Both the position numbers and the translations under genes were made by a program. The notes beneath the pieces were generated by a model that made no database searches, was not told the origin of the DNA, and saw nothing but the letters and a program-made list of their open reading frames with translations. DNA of 64,000 nucleotides from Lingula anatina (Eukaryota; Animalia; Brachiopoda): assembly GCA_051362555.1 (NCBI GenBank), contig CM120641.1, forward strand, positions 18,042,001 to 18,106,000, written 5' to 3'. Below, one piece after another: positions 1 through 12,241 of this stretch (the stretch's first letter is position 1; each line of letters starts with the position of its first letter).

Positions 1-363
1 GTGAACACATTATTGTTATAGTTTTTTGATGATAAAGTTTATTAAGCAAATGAATAAGTCACATCTGGTAAAAAATATCTTATCCTGAAAAATAGACAAC
101 TCTTATTTGATAAACACTAAGTATCCACCAAAAGCTGTGAATGTAGATAAGGTAAAGAATCCTTATTCTATGATGCCCACAAAAATGGATAAACCACAAA
201 AACCTTTCCTTCCAGTTCCCATAAAAGGTTACAAACCACCACAATATACCCTGGACGATAAAACTCTCTAAAACAAGTGGCAAAAAACTATAATAACCAT
301 GATTTAAACCTCAGACTTTTGCTGCCTTTTCATGAAGTTTACAGCACCAACTACAAGCTCTTA

Positions 364-519
364 GGGCCCATTCCCAACAAACTAATCTTTCTACGAAGAT
401 CGATCCAACTCTGCAGGAACTCTAGCTGAATGCAATCAGATTAAGAGATTAGGACGCCTCCTCTTGTTTCCAAGGTACTCTTATAATCACCAGCTTTTCT
501 GTATTCTACTTACAGCCAA
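364..519. mobile_element. Truncated inverted copy of MITE family A
   Basis: Matches the reverse complement of about 39155-39303 (gatcgatccaactctgcagg, tgcaatcag, ttataatcaccag, ttttctgtattctactta). Confidence 0.8.
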
Positions 520-3500
520 CCTACTGACTTATCACTTACATTGGTTTTATTTGTAAAATCCAACATACTGCCTATGAAATTCATTTCAACTTATAACCTG
601 TCATCTTACATGATATTTGAAGTGTTAAAGGGCAATTAAGAAAAATGCGGATAATTAATTTTACCCCATGGCTGTTCACTATGTTAATAAAGTGTCAAAA
701 CACACACAAACACAAACACACACACATACACACACACACAGGTGCATGCACATGCATGCGCACACACACACGTCTGTATTTCTATGATGTTGGTACCTTA
801 ATCTTCATACAAACAGGAGCCAGAGGGTTCCAGCTATCATTCCTATGCTCAACTCAGCATATAATAATTCAGCTAAACATTATTCAGTTTGCTGTATATT
901 ACACACATAAAAAAGTTCTTCTTTTCATCACTTCATCATTGACAGGGTTGAAAATACTAACTGGAAAAAAAAAGAAAATGTCTCTAAGTAACACCAAGTT
1001 ATCTCTTTTGTCTTATCTAAATATAGCTTCTGACATTACAGGAACAAATTTCAAAACATACACCTACTTATCTGAACTAAATAAAGTCATTCTCAAGTTT
1101 TTCTTTTACTCCATTTGGTCTCTTCTGAGATGTGTTTTACTCCATCTGGTCTCCTCTGAGATAAGTCTTCATCACTGGTCTTGACAAAGTTCTTTACAGA
1201 AATTTTATCTAAAACTTTCCCCAGAATGCTGAACGAAAATCTGTTACACATCCATCACGACCTACTCTTCCATCATCACAGCAATTCCTCGCAAAGAATT
1301 TTGCCGTGGCAATCCTTTAGAGAATGGGGATCAAAACCTTTCCAAAATGAATCCGAATTCCATGCAATTCCACGTCCCAACAAGACCATATAGTTTACTA
1401 TCCCCGCTGATCAAATATCCAATTTGGAAAAGGCACTTGCAGAAAACAACTTACACAAACACAGGCTTCTCAGCTACCTGTAGAGGTGGCTGTTCTCCTG
1501 CCTCCAGGATTCTGGTTAATTTTGCTTTTTTGCCAATTTGGCTTCAGTAACGTAATAGATAGTTTCTGCTTTACTCAACTGACACATGTCTCTACAGGCT
1601 GTAGCCCACCAGTCACAGCTCTCATTAGAATCTGGCCCCTTTCCCTGGCTTGCTACTTCAATTGCGCGAAAGAAACTGTTATGAGCAACCATCGTTAAAA
1701 TGACACTATTCAGATAAAAAGATAGTAATATAAATAGTTCTTAAGCTCTCTTCTATAATATTCCAAGTGCAGAAAAACTTTTCTTTTGTCATCAATTAAT
1801 ATTATAATAAATCATTGCATGATACAAAATTAACAGAAATTAACTGAAAAAAATATTTCATTGAAAGTTTCTTGAAATTCAATCATCAACAAACCTTAAC
1901 AAACTTTCCTTCGAACAAAGGACAATGATTAAACAAAACACACACAACTTTTCTAATATAAGGGAAGACAGTTCTTTATCTCCTATTCATGAGGCAAACT
2001 GATGCCATCATCACATTTTGGTTTAAAAATCCCAAGGTTTCTGAATACACCTTTAAAATTACAGTACCATCCATATCTCCAAGTTCAATTTGACCAAAAG
2101 CCTTATGTTTCTCACTGCCCCAGCTGCATTGTATAGCATTATGTACCAGCTGGCTCTAAATAGTGGAACTTCGTCCACCTGGGTTACTTTGATGATGCTG
2201 TTGACTTATAGTCTTTATCTAAAATTTCACATAAGCAGGCTGCCTGTAATACCTTAAAAGAGCTTAAATCTAAACAACCAGTTGGGGAAATCACAAAAAT
2301 TAATGTGAAATATCACCTCATATCGATGAATAGCATAAGAAGCAATGTTTGATTATTCTGAATATCTTAATCGTTTAAGCTTATTGATTAACTCATTTTC
2401 AGGAAAAGGTCCAAACAAGAGCTGCAAGTTTTTTTTTTTTTTAATTCACATTAAAAATCATAACTCATGACAAAAATATCATTATTTTTGCTAACATCTT
2501 AAGTATTACCATATGGCATTTACAGAAAATTTATTCCGGGCAATTTCTCCCAGACTGCGCTAGGCTGGATGTAAATGCCAGTGCATTAGTGATCCTCCAC
2601 ATCTCATCACACTAAAGCATTTTTAGCTTTTGGTTTCAACAACTCACTCAGCATTGAGCTTCCTGGTTGTGTTAAAAGGTCTTGTACACTGACGAAAATA
2701 AAACCAGACTAGGCTAGGGTTACATAATGTCACAGGACAACCAAATCACTGTACCTTTTATCTGAGGTTCTAAACTACTAAAACACAAACTGAATTCATT
2801 TAATTTGCCATTTTAAAGTTAAATTCTTTAATATAGTTAATCCTAGACTGTGACCAATGGGGTCATTTGTGAGCACAGTGCAATGATTGGTATACTTATT
2901 CAATTGTTTGGCAATGTCATTCAGTCCTAAACCAGTTTTGGTTTAATTCATCATCTGAATGTATCAAACCCATACTTTGTCAGTAATCTCATTGCTGTTG
3001 TGCTTAAAGTTTTTACCTCCAATACTTCAAGAATAAAGTAATTTTTTCTTCAGTCAACAGCTAAATACTGAAATTGATTACCTCCCATATTTCTGACTGT
3101 GACTCCAGTACTTCAGTATGTAAACCTGACATTTTCGGAAAATGAAAAAAAAAAAAAAAAACTTGAATCTTCCATCTTTATTATCTTATATCTCATGTAA
3201 ATGCACTAAGCCTCACTTTTTCATCCCACTGGGTTCCAAAATAGTACACTGTTTATTTTGTACTTACGCCAAGGTAACCACTGTGTTTTCAATTTTCAGA
3301 TGTAAGGGCAATGGTTCAAGAGAGATGTAACATAAGACCACATTTCACATGTTATTTACCAAATATTCCTGCATACTTAAAATGCCATTTATGATTTACC
3401 ACACTAAAATACCTTCATCTGAAAAATGATATTAATTATAATAGGTGCATATGATTGATAAAGCATATGTTGGTTGATTCAACGCGTGGAATTCTACAAA

Positions 3501-5829
3501 ATTCGTGGAAAAACCACTGTGTACCTTACATATCTAAAACAATTTTTTTTTTTGTCTTCTTTAATCTTTAAACCCTATAACCTTAAAATAATTTTTTTTT
3601 AATTAGAAAAACATACATCATTCATAATTTTTTCTTTGGCAATCACTGCAAATGCTAATGGAACATGTCGCACAAAAAACTAGAATAATTCACAAATCGG
3701 TCTTTATGAGGCACTGCATTGATAGACCAAATTCTACAACCTGAAGATTCTAAAATACATAGCCATGCAAAGAAAATGTTCACAAGACTGTGAGAAAAAA
3801 TACAAAAGGAAGGAATGAGATTATATCAGTCAAGTCCACAGGATGCTTTCTGAAAACCAAAATGATTTTGTTTACCTACAGGAAGCTCAGCACTTTATCG
3901 ATCTTGACAAGAAAAGAGCAATTCAAGTTGAGGGGATCTAAGGACAGCTTCATTGTCTTCCTCCAGCCCCACTCCTCAAAATACAGGTTTATCATAGACA
4001 AGTTTTGGTACTACTTTGCAACAACAACACAAAAAAAACTCCCATTTTGTAATCTGCTGAGTCTACATACCAACTGCAGCTTATCTACCTTATGCCTAAA
4101 CCATATGATGCCGAAGGGCAAATTCCCCAATTTCTAACTCCAGTAGATGTATTTTCCTATTTCTAGGTGTATCTTATTAGATTTCCAAAAGATACTATTC
4201 TTGTGGAAGTTGCTTGCAAGAAAATTGGTTGCTGAATTGTGATTTTCCTCATCTCTAAACTTTACAATACCTGACAGGCAAATTCTCCAGTTTACCTCAG
4301 CAGCAGGTTTGTGTTCCAATTTCTTGGTGTATCCTCATGATTTCAAAATGAATCTTGTAACAGCTGCTCAACACTGCAGACATTTGTTTGCCTAATCACT
4401 ATTTTTCTTATTTCCAAACTATCCAACCCTGACAGGCAAATTACCAATTTCTTGCTACCATTTGCTGTTGCAGAAGTTTGCATCCCAATTTATAGATATA
4501 TCTTTTAGTCTTTTCAAAAGGATATCGTGCTTGCAGCAGATTTTTACCTATGAAGGCATTTGTTTGCCAAAATATGTACACCTTTCCAGTTTCTAATCCA
4601 CAGAATTCTAAAAAAAGCAAACTATCAGCTTTTTTGCTAATGCAGACTGAAGGAATTACGCCCTTTCCCTTTTCATCATTGAAAAAAAACTCATCAACTA
4701 CCTGACGTCTGCTCTCATTCAATACCCATTTGAAAAGTGTAAACCTTTTACCCAATGTGAAGAAAGCTTCCTTAAGGCTAAAAAAAAATTCCAAAGAACA
4801 ACACCCGCTCAAAAATGAAAACTTACATCTTGGACTTGCACATTCTTTTCCAGCCAGCAATCACCTACAGAGTTTCATTCCAGCTGAAGATAATCTTGTT
4901 TTCCTAGATACCCCTGTAAATACCAAATCTCTAGGCTGACGGTCAATCAAAAAAAGGATAACAAGACAATATTGCCTTTTAAGACAACTGGAACGCAGAG
5001 TAGCAATTACCATTTAAAATTAAATGTGTCCATCCGCTTGTTCACCAACCTCAATCTGCAGCTTGACAGGAGTGGATTACAGGAACCAATACTCCAGTTG
5101 AGATGAAATCTGGGCCCACACCTTCAAAGGTCCCAGCTGAGACTAGTCATGGTAAATTTACACAAGGCAAGAGGCTTTACCCAGGTGTGATTCAGGACCA
5201 AACCATGAGCAGACCAAATGGAACAAGTTGACTACATAACTCATTACAATGCACAATGGCTGGATTGTATGAATGGAAACCAAGAACGTGTAAGGAGTGA
5301 TCCAATTTTAGTGTATCACAACCCTGCCTTGTGATATACTCTCCTCACTGACAGGTTTTAGTACACCATGGGTGAATCACATACACAAGGCCCCAGATCT
5401 GTGTAAACAAGAGCTAGACATACAGGCTATACAACTGACATGGTACAGTTCAATTCACTCAGCAGTCAAAGAAACCTGTACTTTACTGGTATTTACTAAG
5501 GTGTAAACTGTATTTTGTAAGAAACAAAACAGGATTTTTTAGTTTCTACTTATCTTATGATGAAATATGTTTCTGTTCAGCAAAACTAGGTAATAACAAA
5601 TAGGCAATGGAATAAAAACAAAGATACTAGTATTATAAATAATGCTGGCATCCATGATACTGTAGTACGCAAACAGCAGAAACAATGACTGATCTCAAAA
5701 GTGTCAGAACTATATCAATAAATGACTGTCTCAATAGGGTTAATAATAAGGCCTCTCTTCAAAATCCCCCCTCCCCCAAAAATAATAGAATAAAATAAAT
5801 AGCAATGCTTCATATTCACCTGTAATTTA

Positions 5830-5833
<4 letters not shown>

Positions 5834-5866
<33 letters not shown>
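5834..5866. repeat. (CT)n microsatellite
   Basis: Direct reading. Confidence 0.97.
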
Positions 5867-5870
<4 letters not shown>

Positions 5871-6656
5871 TTTAATGCTCGAGTTCCAACCATCCACAAA
5901 CCCACTACAAAGCTACCCATTTGGCATTTCTGCCTCAGTCTAATCTAAATTGCTCTGCTAACTAAGCTTTCAGACAAGCCAAGGTTCATATCAATCAGTC
6001 TACACATTAATACTAAATGTGAACTGTAGGTTTATTTGCTAGATCACCAGCATAAATAGCTTCTCCTCCTAGTTCATCTGCCTTCTCCTCCTTTTAATGC
6101 TTTTAAAATGTATGATACATGAAATTGGACAGTCAATCAGACTGAGTTCACACTAGGACCAACATGGTCCAGAATCAGATTAAATGATTTGACTAGATTT
6201 GACCAGGTTATATCAAATCCACCTCTGCAACTCAAAATCATTGGAAATCCCACATTGTCAGTGAGCCATATGGTGACAACATGGAGACATCTAGTCTTTA
6301 TCTGGTCAAGGTTTTTTGTAATGTGATAATCATTTTTTATATAAAACAAATGTAACAACACAGATAACAATACAATGAAGCAAACAGACATGTATAACAG
6401 ACATAAAGCCACATGGGAAAAAATTGCATCAAGTTAGCATAATTTAAATAAAAGAAAGATGATCAGACATTTACTAACAAGTACAAATATCAAAATGTCA
6501 AGTCTTAATTTGTAGAATTTTAAAAAAACATACAAGAAGACACATAGGTATAAAGAAAATTCAGAAAATTTAGTGAAAAACCTTAATCGATTCCATTAAC
6601 AGTTGCAAAGAAATTTCCCAATTCCTCCGAGCAATTTTTAATGAAATGCTTATTAC

Positions 6657-6780
6657 CTTATTTCCTCCGCTACTGCTACTGTTACTGCTCACTGTTGTGG
6701 CATTGGAGTTCACAGATATCAGAGAACCTCTCTCATGCTGTTCAAAGCTCATATCATCCAGGGAACTCTCATCCAGGTCC
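6657..6780 (-). CDS. TRIO: Trio exon w33 (Ser-rich post-PH1 linker): [41 protein letters not shown]
   Basis: tttcag| ... AAG|gtaata; 124 nt, phase 2 to 0, matching w32; composition resembles the Trio linker before SH3. Confidence 0.85.
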
Positions 6781-9700
6781 CTGAAATTGAAAATAAAACA
6801 ATAAAACCAATAACCGTCGCATCAATACCCATGCCAATAATCATATGACTGTCCCTGGGAACTGAAATGCTAATAATAATGCAGGATAAGCTCTTTAGCG
6901 GTGAGTGGGAAAGTCAAATGGCTTTGTGCTGTTCACCTTGGCATAGCGGCTGATTTGATAGAGCATTGAGCTGAAGTCTATAACGTTTAGAGATTGCTGT
7001 TTAGAAACTGTATTCCATGTCCATAAACGAACTGCCATGAACCAGAAAAAGTTGAAATGATGTTACTGGTTGAAGTGATAGCACAAGGTCCCCACCTGGC
7101 CTCAGACCTATTTCAGAGCCAGTGTTCCCCTGTTCATCACATCCTATCTGAGATTTTTCTGCCAAATTTAATTTTCCCTAGTGAAAACCACAATTTGTTC
7201 TACTCACAAATCATTACCCTACCTATCTCTGCCCTTGGATTTGATTGTTACATACCATTTCTAATTAAACAATGAAGTTCTAAATGCCTGGCCAGACAAA
7301 GAGACGGCCATAGACTTCATGACATTTCAAAAGGAAATATCAACATCAGGTACTTTTTATTTGGAGGATTTATGTTTTCGAAGGTCTGAATTGGAAAAGA
7401 GAAGTAGCTTTGCAGAAAAATAAGACATAAGAATATGACTTGGGGCCAATTTTAAAATGTGTAAAGTATACCAATCTTGTGTGTCATTAACACCATTTCA
7501 GGTAAAACTCGGGCTAGTTGTGAACATGGATATTTAAGTTCTATTGCTCAAAACTTGCACCAACAAGTCATATTTTCACCAATAAGTGCACTTCAACCCA
7601 GTTAAAATAAATGACTAATATTTTTGTTATTTTCAGCATTTCTCATTGATAAAGATAAGAGCTGATTTGATCCTGATTTCTTAAAACTAGCTGGTCTAAA
7701 ATGAAATACATGTCAGAGTGAGCCAATGAGCGCATTCACAACAGCAGACTAAGACCGCATTCACATCGAGTTGAGCCATGGATCTACAAAGCCACGAACT
7801 AAATATGCCTCCCCATGTGTCATCCCAATGGAGCTGAGATTTAATGACTGTAACCCCGAAGGGACGACGCATGGGGAGGCGTGTGAGAGGCAGAGAGACT
7901 ATTAAAAGATTAGGCGGTTTTCCTTTCATGTACATCCGCCATATTTAGTTTGTGGCTTTGTAGAGCCATGGCTAAACTCGATGTGAATGCGGTCTAACAG
8001 TTCTGTGGATCAAATATGGCAACCCACTAAAAAGCTTGACGCTTAATTCCCGATTAGACATTAAAGAGATTTCCTGCAGGGATTATGCAACAAGCATGCA
8101 AGTGGGCCGGCCATATTTAAAGGGATAATAACTCTTCGTTTTGGCCAAAAAATGAATTTTCCTGGAGTAAACGACAATAGAGTCTTTTCCACGGTCACGT
8201 GACTTCCGCTAAATTATCCGTGGGAACGCGAGATTTTGCGGGATTTGAAGTTTCAGGGGGAAAGTGTGGAGTGTACACGACGGACGCCATATCGAGGAGT
8301 GCTCATTTCAATCTGAATTTTCAAAGTTTCGTAACATGTTAACACCTGATTTTTTTCGAAAACATATTCATGGGAGCAGTTGGAATAGAAATTTAGCAGA
8401 AGTACCTGATGACTTTTCAATGAAAGAACTAAAAACGTACCTCATCGACAGCAAAGACAGGACATTCGGTACTTTTGTAGTATACCCCCCCACCCTGTAA
8501 CTTCCTGAAACTTTCATTTTTCAAACATTTTTTTACAGTGTCTTTTGCACCTATGTCAAAGCTGTTGAAATAAAATGTTTTTGTAATTACCTGTGGTCTT
8601 TTTATTAGTTTTAATCACGTTTAATCCACCCCATTGAAATACAATGTGAAAATTTACAATGTAACCGCAGCTTGCTGCGTTTTCGTTGGCTAACTCTACC
8701 TTATTTTATGTGAACATAGGATTGATACATTGTATACTTGGATTTCCTCTGTGAAATTATTATGAGCTACTTGTTCACATAAAATTACCTTAGGGTTAGC
8801 CAATGAAAATGCGGCAAGTTATTGACTGCGAGTGTAAATTGAAGATTCTAACTTTGTATTTCAATGGGCTGGATTAAACGTGATTAACACTAATAAAAAG
8901 TCCACAGGTAATTACAAAAGCATTTTATTTCAACAGCTTTGACATAGATAAACAATAAAATGTAAAAAACTGTTTGAAAAGTGAAAGTTACAGAAAGTTA
9001 CAGGGTGGGGGGGGGGTATACTACAAAAGTACCGAAGGCTCCTTCTACTCTTTCCCCCCGAGAAACAGTCCCGCACAAAATGGCGCGAACTGCGCATGCT
9101 CACGATTTCGTGGAAAAGTCTCTATTTTCCTATGCTTACCAATGGTTAATGAATCCATTTTTACATTCATACAAAAAGTTATTATCCCTTTAATCTGCGG
9201 ATCTGTTAGTCCACTGTTCTAAATGTACAATGATATTTCTATATGATCTTTATTCACAGTGCTGTGTAGACAAAAAATCTCAATATTGAACATTAGAAAA
9301 TAAGTGTTGGCACAGTTGAAACCTGACAAATGTCAAAAAAATTGTCCCAGCACACAATAAGTACAACATATATAAAAATCAGGTTGTGCTCGATCATGGT
9401 GGTATGGTCTGTGTCAGAAGACTTTTTTTTTCAGTTTAATTTCATAGTAGAGGTACTTGTTATGTACAAACAAAATATAGCAGAATATGCAAATGCCTAG
9501 CTGATATTTTTGTATCATTAAACTAAATCTAAATTCAGCATTAAAGCATTCGTAACTCTCTAAACAAAAATTAAATAACTTGCTTGATGCCAAAAATTTA
9601 ATTCTGCTGTTTGCTTACCGTGTTTCAAAGGCAAACTAACCAGTGTTGAACTTTAAATGTTCTTACATATAAACAGACTAATGAGAATACACACACAATA

Positions 9701-12173
9701 CGCTTGTTCTTTGTTTGGTTATTTTCTCACATGACTGCATGCATGGATCCAAGGTTGTGTTGTAACTTAATTAGCAAACTAGTTGTTCTCCTGACCAAAG
9801 GTCAATAGCCGAGCAATTACCTAGAACAACATGCTCTTTGCATGTCTACTGATGTGAATCACAGAGCTCAAGTCAATCAGACATAGTATAGCATTCTGGT
9901 TGGTTATTACCCAGCTTCTGAACAACCTTGGAAGGGTATAAAATGGGGTCAAAATAAATGTTGCTTTTGGTTCGACCTCTGGACAAATGGCAATGGCTGT
10001 GTAGGCATTGAGTTCATAGCATTTATACAAGCAATCAACTTACTGATTGAGTACAATATTTTTTGTCATCATAAAAAGGTAAAAAAAATTATCCAATACA
10101 ACAAATTTGATATTTTGTCTAGAGGAAAAGAGAAACATTTAAAGGGACAACAGCTGTCCATATGATATCCATATTTCACTATAAATACACTGTAAACAAC
10201 TCATAGCAAATTATTATTTTCATATATGATGAACGTTATTTTGTGTTGCTATGAGCCAAGTGAACAGTACTGATGAAAAAAAAGGGGGGAAACAGGATTG
10301 TTGTGAATGGCAGCTTCAGTACATCAACCAAATCTGACATTTCCCTCTAACCTTGCATCTGGTAAGTAGAAACTATCAAGAGCTGCCAACAAGCGACATT
10401 TACTGAGCTATATTATATAAGGGTATGAAGTAAATGTTTTCAAGTTTTCAGGCATACAGCTTATGTAAGCAGTGCCTGTGCATGAATATATGGAGAAAAA
10501 TGGCACAACATATCAGCTTGCATTATTTCAAAAGTCTGGAGTAATATTTCTAAGTAAAATCACATGGTTTATCCTAAAACCAATCAGTAAGTTAGCAAGC
10601 ACCTCCATTTTTCTGACTTCTATGAGTCTATTTCTGTAGAAAATGAAGCAAAAGTAAAACATTTTACTGGCTTTCAATCTAGGTATGCATAAATACCTTC
10701 AACCTGAGGATTAGAAGCTCTAAAATACATTAGGTTTCTAAAAGTAGCTTTAGCCACAGAATTTGGGAGTTCCACAATATAGCCTTACATGTAGACTTAC
10801 AGTTGAACTTAACAGTATATTATTCATATATATGCTGGTCTGATACAAGTGTTCCTTACAGGTATAAAACTGTTACATTGTTCAGTATAGATTAAAAAAA
10901 AAAATGAAAGGCACTGAGACTTGAAATACATTTTCCCAGCACTAGCAAGTAAGTTTGTGTCTCATAAATAAACAGCTGTGTGTGGTCTAATCCTGTTGGA
11001 CATCACAAGCTGAGCTTAATAAAAAGAAAATAAAAAAGCTGGACTTTTTAGGTACTTAATGTCTTGTTTATTGTTCCTAATTTATCTTTTCTTAATATAT
11101 ATAGCTTCAATTAATGGCTTATTATTACCTTTTGACACAAGGATGTATTTTTACAGTGTGGTAAATACAACATTACTGTGCTGAAATAGCAATTGGATTT
11201 GTCAGTCTCCCATTACCAAATGCCTTCCACATCATATAACTACTAATTAAGATATATTCAATATCAAATCAACTTACTCTTGAAAAATTATGATTCCACC
11301 TGACGATTATTTTTCTTGCACATGCGTTCCATCTATTATGATGTTAATTGATCCAGGGGTCTTTTACAACTTATCCCCATTGGATAAGATAAGAAGCATG
11401 ATGGATTCTAACTGCCAGCAGAATTTTATATAAGAGGGAGATATTGTGAAGGCAAGCTGCTGCCAAACATAGCAGCTTGTTTCCACAGAAATTCATTACA
11501 ACAGCCGTCATTTGCTGAAAACTGGGTTAACATTTTACAGGTATAATCATTTATTTACCTTCTGCCTATTCCAAATAGGATTCTGCAATGCTTTCACATC
11601 TGTTGAAAGGTAGGTATATACATTTAGAAAACCTCCAAACTGGTGGAAATTATCTAATAGGCGGTATAAACCTTACCAAACACATCCAGTATATAATACA
11701 GCAAGTGAACAATGCACGAAGCAATCAATTTAATGACCTTGCCAATTAATGTAATGAATATTTGGCACCAGTGTGTATATGATTGACACAATTCACAGAG
11801 AGCATGTATCACAATTCAATATAATGCATATTTGGCAATCTGACAAGTAGTAATGTTTATCTTGTAATCTTAACACTACTGCATATGAAGCAGTAGATCC
11901 TTTCTATTAATACAGTATTTATCTTTTTATTTATGTGATAACATTTCATTGTTACATCACCTAGTAAGGTAACAGAATAAATCACTAATTGTTGTAAGAA
12001 ATATTGTTTCAGAGTTGGCAATGCAAAAAAAAATTGATTTCAGTGTTCTATCTATCCATCAATTACATGTATTTTTTATTGTAGGTATTCAGTCTATTAG
12101 CATTTCCATCTAAACTGTTGTTATCATCATCATAATCTAACATGTTAAAAGCAAAATTTCTTCACTCTTTTTG

Positions 12174-12241
<68 letters not shown>

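Larger units (their letters stand above)
7728..9230. mobile_element. Older, roughly 185-bp TIR element (Harbinger-like) split by the two insertions
   Basis: With the inserts removed, left arm aacagcagactaacagttctgtggatcaaatatggc pairs with right arm gccatatttaatctgcggatctgttagtccactgtt; outer ends approximate. Confidence 0.7.

Noticed and set aside
645-1184. Longest ORF in the track (179 aa, + strand)
   Set aside because: Built partly on CA repeats, low complexity, no recognisable domain; antisense intronic noise.
1-6656. Searched for the next Trio exon (SH3) or a Kalirin-7-like terminal exon with a PDZ motif
   Set aside because: Acceptors at about 6224 (RWI*), 4607 (NSVD*), 3849 (KASCGLD*), 960 (LVFSTLSMMK*) and 84 (DKIFFTRCDLF...) give no SH3-like or convincing peptide; the next exon probably lies outside the window.
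9619-9677. Strong donor CACG|gtaagc with possible acceptors at 9650, 9661 and 9677
   Set aside because: Lengths of 32, 43 and 59 nt are not frame-preserving, and there is no in-phase ATG.
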